A DNA stretch of 63,970 nt, counting the filler, from Craspedostauros australis (Eukaryota), in assembly GCA_030167865.1 (NCBI GenBank). It is 11 parts of 11 records of this genome, joined end to end, with 100 filler letters (N's around TTAATTAATTAA, not from the genome) between each part and the next. Parts side by side here need not be neighbours in the genome. Positions count along the whole stretch, not along the records: positions 34,715 to 40,274 come from JALAGF010001437.1; positions 40,375 to 47,636 come from JALAGF010001438.1; 9 more parts are not named here. The stretch is one strand, 5' to 3'. This document shows, in pieces, positions 34,715-47,159 of this stretch. Each line of letters starts with the position of its first letter. Positions within the stretch are counted from its first letter, which is position 1. The translations under genes were made by a program, and so were the position numbers. The notes below the pieces were generated by a model, which did not search any database, had not been told where the DNA came from, and saw only the letters and a list, made by a program, of their open reading frames with translations.

Positions 34715-37700
34715 CCCCCCCATTGTCTGGTGGTGCCCAGGGTTTCGTGCTTGTCGTACGCTAGCGCGTGACGTCCTTGCTGTATGTGGTTCTTCGTGCG
34801 CTCTCTCCAGGAGTTTGCGTTTGACGCTTTTGACCAGTTGATCTCAATTTCCGAGAGCATGGCCACGTCAATCTTCTCCTGTTTGAGCCGCTGCCATAAA
34901 TCCTTATTCTTCCAGTGCTGACCGAGCTCGGGGAGTCCTCCTACGTTTAGAGCAGCTAACCTGATACCAGATGTGCTCTTGTTGAGTGTGGTGTCTCCCC
35001 ATTCCTGGTCGTGGAGGTTTCGCTCATCGTGACCCGAATCCTCCTCCGATGCACCTATTGGGCTTGCGGGAGTGGGTGTTGGTGCTTCCCTGCCTCCCAG
35101 CCCTTGGCTAATATTTGGTACTGTCCCTGCTCTTGCTTGAAGCTGGGACGTGCAGCGCTTTATCCCTTTCTTTTTGGGATTGCAGCTCCGCAATGATTCT
35201 GTCGAGTTCGGCGATCCGTTGCGACTTCTCTTGCACAGTTGCATGGTCCTGTTCTGCATGTTGCTTGGCTCTGGCTTCCTTGATGGAGTTCTCCACTTCG
35301 TTGGTTTGACCGTCGGCGGACCCTGGTTGGCTGCCTTGGATGGTGGCTTCAGACTCCGGAATGCTGTAGTTGGTGGAAGTCATTGATCTGCTGATGGCTG
35401 TTCCAAACGAGAAGAATGATGCGTCTTCGAGGTTCTTCCTTTTGGGTGCCTCTTCGAGGATAAGCTCGCTGAGTCCTTCGATGACCAGCTTACCCATGTC
35501 CTCGTCAACGTTGTAGTCCAGCGTGTCTTCTGTGTCCTTGTCGATGTAGTCACCTTCAGGGGTGCGCATCATCCCGCTGCTGATCTTGACGACGTCCTCG
35601 GAGAACCAATCCAGCGTAGACTCATTGATCTCCTCCTTGCATCGGATTGCAATGGAGTTGATGATGCCTGTTGCCTTGTCGTACCTTTCGTCGAAGGCGG
35701 CCACATGGATGGCGTCATTTTGACCGTCGGCCATGTGTGTGGTGTTTACATCGTGGATGTAAGGGTTGGCTTGTTCCATGGTCTGAGTCGAGAGGAACTG
35801 GCGAAGGGTGATCTGCTTGGTGTCAGAGTCGACCTCGTCCAGTGTGAAGTCTCCTTCCAGCGTGAACCCTCGCAGGCTTCTGACATAGCTGATGTGCTTG
35901 CGCACCATCGCCCTAATCTTCGTTGCTGTCTTGGCTCCCAGGATGGTCGTCCCTGGATTTGGCACGTACCGATAGTTGAGTCCGCCTCTGTCTGCGTTCT
36001 TTGCGTTGAACAGTCTCCCCAAGGCTTTGGTTGCTCACCTGGCGTGTTTCAGCTCAGCGTGCAGGTGTGTTGGCAAGTTCCGCTCACGGTAACCTACGAT
36101 CGTGGAAGATGGTATTGGTTGCTAGTCGTTCGTTTGCTATTTCACTAGTTGGCTACTCCGATCCTCTTGGTGTACACCAGTTCTCTTGCCCGATGCTCTC
36201 GGCGCTTCAATCTGTTTTGTAGATTCAGTCTCCGACTATGAGTCGGTACGCGAGATGCTCTCTCGCTCTTCTCTGTATTCTCTCTCTCTATCTCAACATC
36301 GTGTGTTTGTGCTACACGATACTCCGTGCTCGATGCATACTCTGCATTCAACACTCTGTTCATTCAGTACTGGCTCTTACTCCATGAGTACTTGCCATTT
36401 GAAGTTCACCTTCTGTATCCATGATCCTGATGCCCTTCGGTCATCGGATCTTTGCCTCCTGCTCTGACTTGGAGACAGATGTTGACGTGGTGACACGATG
36501 ACATCCTGTCAACGTCAGTAGGCATCCTTCTGCTCTCCAGATGTCATGTTCCATTGGTGATGCAGCAGTCTGTCAGATGATATTGTCATCTGAGGTTTAG
36601 TTGGGAAGTACCTCAAGATTCTCTTGGTACCATTGATGGATGGACGGACGATATTTCCAATTCTCTCAGAAATCGTCGATTGCAAATTTCCTCCAGAAAT
36701 NNNNNNNNNNNNNNNNNNNNNNNNNNNNGCTGTAATTCTGACGAATCACAGCATACTATTGACACGAATGTAGTTATACCGTCCAAGTGCGTATGAGAGA
36801 ATAACGGGTGAACAATGCACATATACTCGTACATCTCGACATATACTTACATGTACATCTCGACACAGGTGGAGTGCCGCCCACAGGACGTTGATCCACC
36901 ACCCACCGTGCTGCTTATGCAGAGCACGCTGTGCATCGGTGACCTTCCCCATTAGTCGTACTTTCCCTCCAATCTGTACTCCCAGGTTCCGCTCGCTCAG
37001 CATGTGGTTGATGTACCAAACAGTCTGCTTTGCGTTAGTGAAGTTGCCGGAGTAGGCGAGGAACCCTATTTCAGTGGTGGTTTCTGCGTCGCGCAGGTCT
37101 GTGATTGATGCGAATTCTCCTTCGCCATAGGCTCCTTCCATCTCCGAGCATCGGTGTGTGAACACACGCATGTCGAGGTTGGACGCTATCGAAATTCTGC
37201 AGTACACTTTGTCGTCTGTGGACTTGGGATCCGCATGTCCCACGAAGATTCTGAATTCGTCCCAGTCTTTGGGGATGTCGCTGGCCGTAACAATGCTTCC
37301 CTGCTTCTTGTGTCGTTTGTACCACGGATTGATGACCAATGTCTTGTCCATCGCTCTGGCTCGATCGTACCACAGTTTGAACCGCTTCTTGAAGTCGTGT
37401 CTGGGTGTCATGGACCCTTTAGGGATCAGAAATCGCATGTTGAAACGTTCTCTGTACCTGCGTCGGGGACCCGAGATGTTGGTTAGCTTCTCTGCGCCGC
37501 TGACTGACCAGCCCTTCTTTTGCTCTTCCGCTATGGTGTCGGTGTCAGGCATGGGTACAACTGCGCTGATTGTGATCGTCTTCGACTTCTTCTTCAAAGG
37601 GCTCCCGGTGCTGTTGGTGTAGCTTGCGGCGTGAGCTGTCATCGATGTCTGCTTCAGTACTCCTTTCCGTTTGTTCGCGAAAGTTGTCAGGTCATAATCC

Positions 37701-38359
37701 TCCGTCTCCATGTCGTCATCCGAGTCGACCTCTGGTGGCATAAGCTCTTCTGGGTATTGGCTGCCCAGGTAGCTTACTGCTGCTGACCATGCGATTGTCA
37801 TCTGGTTTCTTGTCAGTGTCTTGTCCCCGTCCTGGAGCTCGCCTTTGAAGCACGCCTTCGGTTCCGTTTGCGCCAAGTCTGCGATGAGTTGTTTGATCTT
37901 GACTCTGGCTGGATCATCGGAACTGACTTTTTTGGATCCAAAGTTGGTCGTTCTCCCGTCCATCACGGTTTGGAAAAACGTCGCGAGATCCTTGATGCGT
38001 GGCAGCTCGCTTGAGACTGTCGCTGTGTCGCATCCTTCCCATCGCGCCTTCTGAGCCAGCATGCTTTTGACTTGGTTGTGCATTGAGTGGTCACCTTCGC
38101 TGTACACTTCGGATGCCTTGAATCCGTCTGATTTCTCTGTCACGTCTTTGCGGATCTTTTTCCACCTGGCGCTGTTCGGCTCTTTCCATTTGGCCGGCAC
38201 CTTGTTTTGCTTCTCGTACAGGGCCATCTCGTCTGCTGCAGGATCCGGCTCCAGCGATGGTCCTGGAAGCTGATCACGCCCGTCGGTGGTGGCTGCTGCA
38301 TTGCTGGAACCGTTGGTTGATGGGTGGTCGTCCTGCGTTACTATCGCTGTTGGCGCCAT
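34715..38359 (-). mobile_element. Non-LTR retrotransposon (LINE, Ambal-like by inference): long ORF1 plus start of ORF2
   Basis: ORF2 N-terminus has APE-endonuclease motifs IRLAALNVGGL and IDVAMLSEIEINW; ORF1 (38359-35108) rejoins in frame once the solo LTR is removed. Confidence 0.8.
36068..36865 (-). mobile_element. Solo LTR family A (798 bp) with target-site duplication CAGGTG
   Basis: TG...CA termini; CAGGTG at 36062-36067 and 36866-36871. Confidence 0.92.
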
Positions 38360-38846
38360 TGTCGATCTTTTTTGTATCCTTCTACGCGAAAGTCGGTATG
38401 GTTTCTACAGGCGTCAGTGAAGCAATTTGGTACTCTGTGTTTGTGATTTCTGCGTTCGCTTTTAATTTGTGGAATTCGGATTTTATATGTTCACTCATCT
38501 AGATTTAAGCAAACTGATTCTACAACCCAACTGATGACGGAGATCCAGATGTTTTGCTGTGGGGGAGCGGAGAGTGATGGTATCGATGATGAGTACAGTT
38601 GTATGTCCATGGTGGAGCTGTACAAGGTTACGGATGAGGATGAGGGTACAGTACATGTGGATTCATACTTGGATCGGGCGACATTAGTGGACTTCGCCCA
38701 CTCCATGAGCACCAACTCATCCAAAGTGATTGAAGTGGACGGCCCTGCTGAGGAAGAGGAGCGAATCACAACAACAGCAGACTGAGAAGTGAACGAATGC
38801 TAGATTAGAGTTGATGTGTAAACTAGTGGTCAGAGTGGTATCCATT

Positions 38847-39639
38847 TGGTGGCAAGTTCCGTGATTGGAAGCCTACGATCGTGGAAGACGGTGTTGTTGA
38901 TAGTCGTTCTGTTTGCTATTTCATTACTTGAGCACTCCGATCCTCTCGGTGTCTGTTCTCTTGCCCGATGCTCTTGGCACATTTGTCTATCTTGTAGATT
39001 GGTCTCCGACTATGAGTCAGTACGCAAGATGCTCTCTCGCTGCTCTTCGTATTCTCTTTCTTTCTCTCAATATCGTGTGCTTTGTGCTACATGATACCCT
39101 GCGTTCGATGTGTACTCCGCATTCAACACTCCGTTCGTTCATTGCTGGTTCCTACTCCATGAGTACTTACCATTTGAAGCTCACCTTCTGTATCCATGAT
39201 CTTGATGCCCTTCGGTCATCGGATCTTCGCCTCCTGCTCTGACTTGAAGACAGATGTTGACGTGGTGACACGATGACATCCTGTTGACATCAGTAGGCGT
39301 CCTTCTGCTCTCCACATGTCACGTTCTGTCGATGATGCAGTGGTCTGTCAGATGATATCGTCATCTGAGGTTTAGTTGGGAAGTACCTCGAGATTCTCTT
39401 GGTACCATTGATGGATGGACGGACGATCTTCTGATTCTCTCAGAAATCGTAATTTGCAAATTTCCTCCAGAAATTCTGCTCATTTTCGTGTGTTCCATTT
39501 CCACTGTAAATCTGACGAATCACATCATACTATCAACACGAATGTAGTTATACCGTCCAAGTCCGTATGAGAGAATAGCAGGTGAACGATGCACATATAC
39601 ACGTACATCTCGACATATACTCACATGTACATCTCGACA
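38847..39639 (-). mobile_element. 3' LTR (family A) of a Copia element
   Basis: TG...CA termini; on the minus strand directly preceded by polypurine tract AGGAAGGG and the RNase H ORF. Confidence 0.9.
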
Positions 39640-39659
39640 CCCTTCCTGTGTGCATTCGG

Positions 39660-40274
39660 TCATTCGGATGTTCTTGATGTGTCAAGGTACGACTTCTCGT
39701 GTTCTCGTTGTAAGTCGGCCTTGATGTTCTTGGTGAATCCGTCGCTTGTGTTCTGCTCGGATTTGACGAAAATGATTTCGATGGTTTTGTTAATTACCAT
39801 GTTCCTCACGTAGTGATGGCGCACGTCGATGTGCCGCGATCGTTGGGGTGTTGATGGGTTCTTGGCGATGAAGATCGCTTCGATGTTGTCCACACGGACC
39901 TTGATCGGTGTCTTAACTGGGACGCCCACACTCTCGAGTAGCTGCACGACGAAGAAGATTTCCTTTGCCGCTTCGGAAAGGGCAACGTATTCTGCTTTGG
40001 ATGAGCTGAGTGTGACGGCCTTCTGTGCCTTGGATCGCCAAAGGATTGGTACCTTGCACAGGTATAGGATGAANNNNNNNNNNNNNNNNNNNGTGTTCTT
40101 GTCTCCTGCATATTCGCTATCGCAGAAGAGCTCCATGTCCCAGCCGTCGTCGTCTGGACGTGCTGGATGGATCTTCAATACGTTGTGTTGTGTATCGATC
40201 ACATACTTGATGATCCGATACATCTCCTTCATTGCGGCTTTGGTGGGCCCGATCAATACCTTGGAGAGTTCCCT
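39660..40274 (-). mobile_element. Ty1/Copia RT C-terminus / RNase H
   Basis: FCDSEYAGD, WRSKAQKAVTLSSSKAEYVA, VDN, RSRHIDVRHHYVR, SDGFTK. Confidence 0.93.
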
Positions 40275-40374
40275 NNNNNNNNNNNNNNNNNNNNNNNNNN
40301 NNNNNNNNNNNNNNNNNNTTAATTAATTAANNNNNNNNNNNNNNNNNNNNNNNNNNNNNNNNNNNNNNNNNNNN

Positions 40375-40980
40375 AAGCACGTCGCTGGATGCGTACTTGT
40401 TGAAGAGCTTGCGTGCAGCTCCTTCACCGAGGTCTCCGGCGCACGCGAAGAAGTTCTGCAGTTGCTCGGATTCCTTGACAGCGCTGATGGCTTCGCGGCA
40501 GGATGGCTTGGCAGAGTTGCAGATGATGGTCTTGGCGCTTACCTCTTGCTGTGTGAGGGCGGTATTGCCATCCGGCTTGCAAATGACCTTGACGGTAGAA
40601 TCAAAGACCACTGGGGCAGCTGATGGTTTGGCAGTTGGCAGGAGCGTCGGTTGAGAGGTCGGCAACGCGGTTGGCTGAGCGACAGGTGCCATCGAGGGCA
40701 TCTCCGAAATCAAGCCTGTTGGCGGCCCAGTAGGCAATGCGGTTGGCGCGGTTGTTTCTGCAACAGCCGGGTTTTCAGTGGGTGGCACTTGGTTGTTTTT
40801 GTTGCCCTTGTTGGTGTTCGTGTCACCGCCGGCGTTCTTGAGGATGCGGGTCGTCATCATCATCATGTGGAGTTCCTTGGTTGGATCCACGGGAGTCCTG
40901 TTGCCGCGGAGCACGGCGTCGACCGTTGCCATGTCGGCAAGAGCGAGAAAGGCGACGAAGGCTGCCTTGGCGTGGATCAT
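40375..40980 (-). CDS. Secreted Pro/Thr-rich protein, paralog 1 (3' end in gap)
   Basis: Signal-peptide-like MIHAKAAFVAFLALA, LRG, RIL, PTAxPT repeats, Cys-containing domain, RKL. Confidence 0.75.
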
Positions 40981-41185
40981 GGTTGTCGGTACTTGGTGGT
41001 TGGTGATTGATCGTTCAGGGTTGATAGTTGTTTGTTTGGTGTTATTGGTTGACAACTTGGATGAATTTATGAGATGAAGAGTTTGATTTGTTGGTTGTTT
41101 GGGCCATTTTGTTTGCGTCTTCGATGTTGTGCATGAGGCAACCTGGTACGAGGATGGCATGACACCAAGGAGGCCAAAGCTCCGC

Positions 41186-41551
41186 CACAACCTCGAACCT
41201 TCACAACTGGTGACATCACCGTTGGACAGAAAGACTCTGTGGATCGATGCCGATGCCCAGCATTTATGGTGCAGGATGACCCTCCCTGACATACATCATC
41301 CATTGGGCCTGACCAATAATACGTCCGAGCAAAGCGCATGCCAGTATGCTAGGACAAGCAGACAGGGAACCTTCACAACCTCGAACCTTCGCGACTGGTG
41401 ACATCACCGTTGGACAGAAAGACTCCGTGAATCGATGCCGATGCCCAGCATTTATGGTGCAGGATGACCCTCCCTGACATACACCATCCATTGGGCCTGA
41501 CCAATAATACGTACGAGCAGAGTGTATGATACGACTAGGACAAGCAGACAT
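41186..41551. repeat. Tandem duplication of a ~188-bp unit
   Basis: CACAACCTCGAACCTTC...GGACAAGCAGACA present twice with scattered substitutions. Confidence 0.9.
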
Positions 41552-43009
41552 GGAGCACGCCGCTCTTGCTCATCTCCACAGGTCATCATCTGTCGTTCTT
41601 CTTGATCCGCAATTCTCGTGTGTGCCACGAGGGCACCCTGTCGCGGTCTGATTTCCAAAAGGGTACACACTTTATGTATTTTCGCACGCAACACGCAACC
41701 ACCACAACCCATTCCGCAAAACAACAGCCCTGGAGTAGAGCAACGGAAAATACATCAAGGATCTTGATCCCTTCAACGCAAGAACGCAAGCGATGAATCG
41801 GTATCTGGGTTTGCACCTTCCCAGCAAAAAAGGAGGGAGAAAAAGACTCGCCAACTGTTCGGGTGGAAGGGTCTTCCGTGATCGTCGCCTCTGTGATGCA
41901 AACACAATCAGGTTGTCGAAGCCTTGTAGGGAACGAGAGCTGAATGTGCTTTGCAGAACGAAACACCTTCTTCGAATTTTGGTCGGGCGCACACAGCGGG
42001 AGGACGGTTTATAGTGGTCTTGAAATATGTATCTTGGAGTAGAGTATCGCTTCTTGCGACTTACAATGATGGGTGAATTAGGCCTGTGCCCCTGTGAGCG
42101 CAGCTTTGGCATGAACACTCCAACGCTTATACAGTCTACTGTGCAGCTGCACCACTCAACAATTGCGAACGTGCTACCCTGACTCTGGAGCTGCCGGCGG
42201 AGGGTTCCTGCTCTTCAAAGTAGGAGCTGTTTCGTGTCGGTGTCGGAGTTTGTGACTCTTCACTTCACTCTCACAAGCATTTGCGTGAGGAACACAACAC
42301 AACTCTGCACAAGTTGCGTTACATGTTGTGAACAAATGTTCGTCACCCCGGCGAAGAATCTCCGTTGGGCGAAGACAGAGAGACATTCGATAACCCCTTG
42401 AGATTCTTTGTGACTGTTGGTGACCGCTTTGGTGGCTTTCTTCTCTGACGCTCGCCGACATCGACAAGACCAATGTGTTTGTGAAGAGATTGGAGACACC
42501 ATCAGCGATCCTCCTTCTCTTCATGCGATCTTTGAATTGGTGTCATGCATCATGTGTGGACACAGCCAACATCGACATCAGCATCAACATCGACATGATG
42601 ACAACAGAGTACCACTTGCGTCGAGCAGGGATCCTTCCGCAGCAATGCGAGCATCGTGTGGATCAAGATTGAAATGGCCCCAAACGAGCAATCTGGGAAT
42701 GAAGGATGGAGGATAGAGAGTGTACATGAATGCATCTGTAGTGCCACCACGCCGCGGAAGAACGTTCAGAGGTCATGACAAAAGCATGGACGAAGCACGA
42801 TGGAAGCGAGAGACGACCTTGCATGAAAGTCGCCGCCAACGACCACACTATGGCTCCTTTCTTGTGTAGCTCCATTCCATGTCACCTCCAGGATGGAGCA
42901 GATCATACACCATGCACAACCAAGATCCCAACGACACCAGCGAAAGCGCACCAGCGCGGAATGAAACGCATGTACGACCTAGGCGTCGCACCTCCAGCTG
43001 CAGCGTCTG

Positions 43010-44745
43010 TTCTGTGATCATCTCTGCAAATCCTCTATCGGAGCGTCATTGTCGATTCGGTCACCATCAACAGCTCGAAGAACCTCATTGATAGTTGGAA
43101 TGCTGTCGCTCAGTTGTGGCATCGGTGTCGTCTCCGGCGACTCGTCCGCTCGTGTATCCGCTTGCCAATGGATCGGTCTGATCTAGATCGTACCCAGCAC
43201 GACAGTTGCGCATCTCCACAGCATCATCGCAATCATGATTGTGAGTGCGATCATGGTTGTCAACAAACTGTGCCAGATGATGGGAGCCATCAGCTACTGT
43301 GGATGCTGAGAAGCCGAAATTAAACGCAAGGGATGCTGGATCGGCTCGGGGATGCGGATGATGTTCCCCGCGATTGATAATGTCGCATATCAGTAGGTAT
43401 CGTGCAGTATGCCAGGATTCAAGGCAATCGTTCCACATGACGACCGACTGCGCGGATTCTTTACGGTGCGATCCTACGTGAGCCACAACGTGCGCCTGTC
43501 AGGATGCAGGTGCGGTCCGGAGTCAGAAGAATGAATACACACGCGCAGCTGCGGGACGGCGCGTCATCCTCACCATCCACCAGCCCTCCAGCTTCAGCTT
43601 CGTCTGACACCTTATCAACAATGCCGTGCTGCTCAGCAAGGGGCTGTTGATGTACACAGGCAGCCGGCGGTGCATGAAGAATTTCTCACGGTCAAGGCCC
43701 ACCCGCACGAGATAGATGGAATCATGCCGATCCTTACGCCACCATGGTCATCGATGAATCCCGCATCCACAAGAAGACGGTCCACAAATGAGCCAAGCTC
43801 TTCAGTGATTGACCACAGAATGATCCAGCAAAGAATGGCGAGGCATTCGTCGATGGTGATAGCTGCTTCAGTGTGAAGTACGAAAGCACGCGCGCATCGT
43901 GCACCTGCAGCCTACAATAGCTGGTGCACGAGGAGCAGCAGGAGACTTTCCGTCCGGGCAGATTAGCGGCCGTGATGGAATTGACATACCGGTACTTTCT
44001 CGACCTCTGGCTCAACACCTCTGGCTCAACCCAGGCATCTTCTTCGCGCTCATTGTCATGCAATGCACTCGATGCTGGTATTGATGGTTGGCGCGCTGTT
44101 TTGGGAGCTCGGTGAACGCAATGACCATGAGAGCATTCTTTCGCGTGCGGCGGTGCTGTTCTACTGCGTGACTTTCGTCATCTTCATGAGCGTCGCCGTG
44201 CTGCCCTTCATGGTCATCATGCACGGCATCGTTGACAAGGAGCTGCTCAATGACTACTACTATCCCATTGTCTACCACATGTTGCAAGGTCTTGCTTTGA
44301 TCTCAGGCACCGGGTTGCTGGCATTCCTTGCCTCGTTCATCATCATGGCGATGCTCGAGTTCAACTATCCCTTCTGGTACCTCCTCAACATGGCGTTTGT
44401 GGCGGGGTGGTTTGGTTTCTCCGTGCTGTTCCAAGACTCCATAATCATGCCATCCAACTTCCCAGACCGCTTGCAATGGACACATTACGTCGCCTTCCAC
44501 ATGCACATATACACTCATGGCGTTCCTTCACGAAGACCGAGTTTGATGGCCGCACCTTCGACAGTGAGCTGTTCCCCACGGGTGAGTCGCTGCTGCGTTT
44601 GTGCGAAATGGAAGATGTGAATCACGGCAACGACATTCTGATGCTGACTGGATACGCGATGTTCCTGCATCTATGTTCCTTCTTTGTATTGCACATCCCG
44701 CATACCTCCTTCTACGGACAGCTGGAAGCGTCCAATTGGGAATAG
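43010..44745 (+). pseudogene. Degraded ABCG (White-family) half transporter
   Basis: GRRVILTIHQPSS and AVLLSKGLLMYTG (H-loop region); TM remnants LMVGALFWELG, LQWTHYVAFH, EFDGRTF; multiple stops and frameshifts; 5' boundary uncertain. Confidence 0.8.
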
Positions 44746-45130
44746 AGTGGTGGCGATGTAGACGGTGGAAGATACATGAGCATATGTCCAACGTACGAAG
44801 CTGGACTCAGCGGCATACAATAAATATACATTCCTCCAACGCAGTATTCGCTCCCCAGAGAGCATGGAATGAGTCACATAACACATGTCCCAAGATATGC
44901 AATACCTTCACGGTGCATTCCACATTTCACATCGGATGCAGCAACATGCGGCCCGGTTTCTAAGAGTTGATCTGAAGCGGTGCTAGTAGGGATACATGTC
45001 CATCTTCTTATTGAAAACTCCGGTGTGGTATCTGGAACGACTGCGGGTTGTACGCAAACTTCTCAATCTTGCGTTATCAAACATCATAAACTTGATTGTG
45101 ATGCGCCCCATCACCAAAAATTTGATGTGA

Positions 45131-45203
45131 TCACCTTTAGCTCAGTTGGCAGAGCGTGCGACTGTTAATCGCAAGGCCACTGGTTCGATCCCAGTATGGT
45201 GAG
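45131..45203 (+). tRNA. trnN: tRNA-Asn (GTT)
   Basis: TCACCTT-TA-GCTCAGTTGGCAGAGC-G-TGCGACTGTTAATCGCA-AGGCC-ACTGGTTCGATCCCAGT-ATGGTGA-G, followed by TTTT; one T:T mismatch in the acceptor stem. Confidence 0.93.
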
Positions 45204-45554
45204 CTTTTACTCAATATGTTTTGGACAAGTCCCCTTTTGTTCCTCCTTCGACTCCGCCCAATTCAACCAGGGCTCGCAATCAGTGTTTTGCATCCACAAG
45301 TGCGCGAAGGTTGCTGTCTCATCCATAGTCGTAGTATCCAGTATGTCATTATGTGCTCATGACACAAACGCACCTTGGAACATGACCCTGACGGTGTACT
45401 GTTTTGTTAGTCGTATCGACCCACGTGAGCGTTGGCATCAACAGCAGCAACATCGTACGTGAAGTGATCTGCGCAGCACATGCGAAGGGATCCATGCGAC
45501 GCATGCGTACGCAGCTCCATTCCACCCTAACATGCATATTGGCTGCTTCTATCC

Positions 45555-47159
45555 TTATTTCTTGTGTCGGTACTTCTTGGTTTGCTTGCCAATCGTGCGG
45601 CCACGACCGCCACCCGAATACCCTTTGTGGATTTCATTCTGGATCATGCCTTCCAGCCCGTCCTCTTCCGACCCCATGCGTCCAGGCTTGCGCTTTCGGC
45701 GACCTCCGTGGCCCTTGGCGGCTGCCAGCTGCTCCTTCAATTCCCGTGTCGCCAACCGCTGCGCATCGTTGACGCGTTCCAACAGCACCAGCACCGTCTC
45801 TTCATCCAGCTTGTATTCGGGCAGCTTCCTGCCGAGCAGGTGCTCCAATCGCTGGTACACCTCGACATCGTACTGCGTCACCATCGCGATGGCCTTTCCG
45901 GATCTTCCAGCACGCGCCGTGCGTCCGACTCTGTGAATGTAATCCTTTCCATGTCCGGGCAGATCGAAGTTGATGACCACATCCACCTGTGGGATATCCA
46001 AACCACGGCTGGCCACGTCCGTGCAGATGAGGATGGATCGGTCGCCCGTTGTGAAATTGTGTAGCGCACCCAAACGCTTCGGCTGCGACATCTGACCGTG
46101 CAAGCAAATTGCCGGGAAACCGAGGTTGCGCAGCATCAGCGCCAGCCTTTGGACGTTGTTGCATGTGGCCCCGAAGACCAAAATGGACTGCCCGGCGTGT
46201 TCGTGGATGAGGTAGGTCAGGTAGCAGTCCTTGTACTTGGCGGGGATGAAGAGGTAGTTCTGCAGCAATTGCTTGGGGGTGGAGAACTTGGTCGATACCT
46301 CCACCTTGACGGGATCCTTGAGCGCCGCTCGTTGCAGCTTCTGCACCTTCGACGTCATGGTCGCGGAGAAGAGGAGCGTCTTGCGGCCCTCTGACGGAAT
46401 GACCTCAAGCAGCTCGTTCAGCTCCTGCTCGAAATCCAACGAAAGCATGCGGTCGGCCTCATCAAGGACGAGATACCTCAGCTTGCGCAGATTGAAGCCC
46501 TTCGTGTTGGTGAGGTGATCGAGCAACCGTCCCGGCGTGGCAACGATGATGTGCGGATTGCGTCCCAACGCGATGGATTGCTGTGTCATGGGCACCCCAC
46601 CCACGACGCACACGCTGGTGGCCCCGATGGTCGTGCCCAACGCATCGACGACCTTGTGGATCTGAAAGGCCAGCTCACGTGTTGGTGCCAGCATGACCGC
46701 GAACGCAGCACCGCGCACAGGATTGTTCAGCAGGTCCTGCAGGACCGGCAGGCAGAACGCCGCTGTCTTTCCCGATCCTGTCTCCGCCAAACCAATGATG
46801 TCTCTGCCCTCCAGAGCTTCCGGCAGGACCTTCTCTTGGATGCGGCTGGCGAACTTCCAGCCCAACGAATCGCACGCCTTGCACAGTGGCTCGCAAACGC
46901 CAAGCGTTTCGAATTTGGTCGTCGTGATGATCCCTGTGTCGTTGTCTTCTTCTGCCGCCGATTCTGCGCTCTTGCCAGAATCGTTGCTTGCATCGTTGCT
47001 TGTATCGTTGCCATCTGCGGCAGCGGCGGCCAGCTTGGTCTCCTTGTCGGACACATCTTCTTCCACCTTTCTCTCTCGAGGCTTGGATTCTGCCTTGCTC
47101 GACCTCTTGACCTTCTTGACCTTCTTGTTGCTCTTGGATTTCTTGTCGCTTGATCCCAT
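45555..47159 (-). CDS. RRP3: DEAD-box rRNA helicase RRP3/DDX47
   Basis: AETGSGKT, PTRELA, TPGRL, DEAD, SAT, HRVGRTARAGRSG; family-typical YLFIPAKYKDCYL. Confidence 0.93.
   Translation of the reverse strand: MGSSDKKSKSNKKVKKVKRSSKAESKPRERKVEEDVSDKETKLAAAAADGNDTSNDASNDSGKSAESAAEEDNDTGIITTTKFETLGVCEPLCKACDSLGWKFASRIQEKVLPEALEGRDIIGLAETGSGKTAAFCLPVLQDLLNNPVRGAAFAVMLAPTRELAFQIHKVVDALGTTIGATSVCVVGGVPMTQQSIALGRNPHIIVATPGRLLDHLTNTKGFNLRKLRYLVLDEADRMLSLDFEQELNELLEVIPSEGRKTLLFSATMTSKVQKLQRAALKDPVKVEVSTKFSTPKQLLQNYLFIPAKYKDCYLTYLIHEHAGQSILVFGATCNNVQRLALMLRNLGFPAICLHGQMSQPKRLGALHNFTTGDRSILICTDVASRGLDIPQVDVVINFDLPGHGKDYIHRVGRTARAGRSGKAIAMVTQYDVEVYQRLEHLLGRKLPEYKLDEETVLVLLERVNDAQRLATRELKEQLAAAKGHGGRRKRKPGRMGSEEDGLEGMIQNEIHKGYSGGGRGRTIGKQTKKYRHKK

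Noticed and set aside
36068..39639. Two direct LTRs flanking a 537-aa ORF as one novel LTR element
   Set aside because: The left LTR has its own TSD, the right LTR has its PPT and RNase H on the outer side, and the ORF continues in frame beyond the left LTR.
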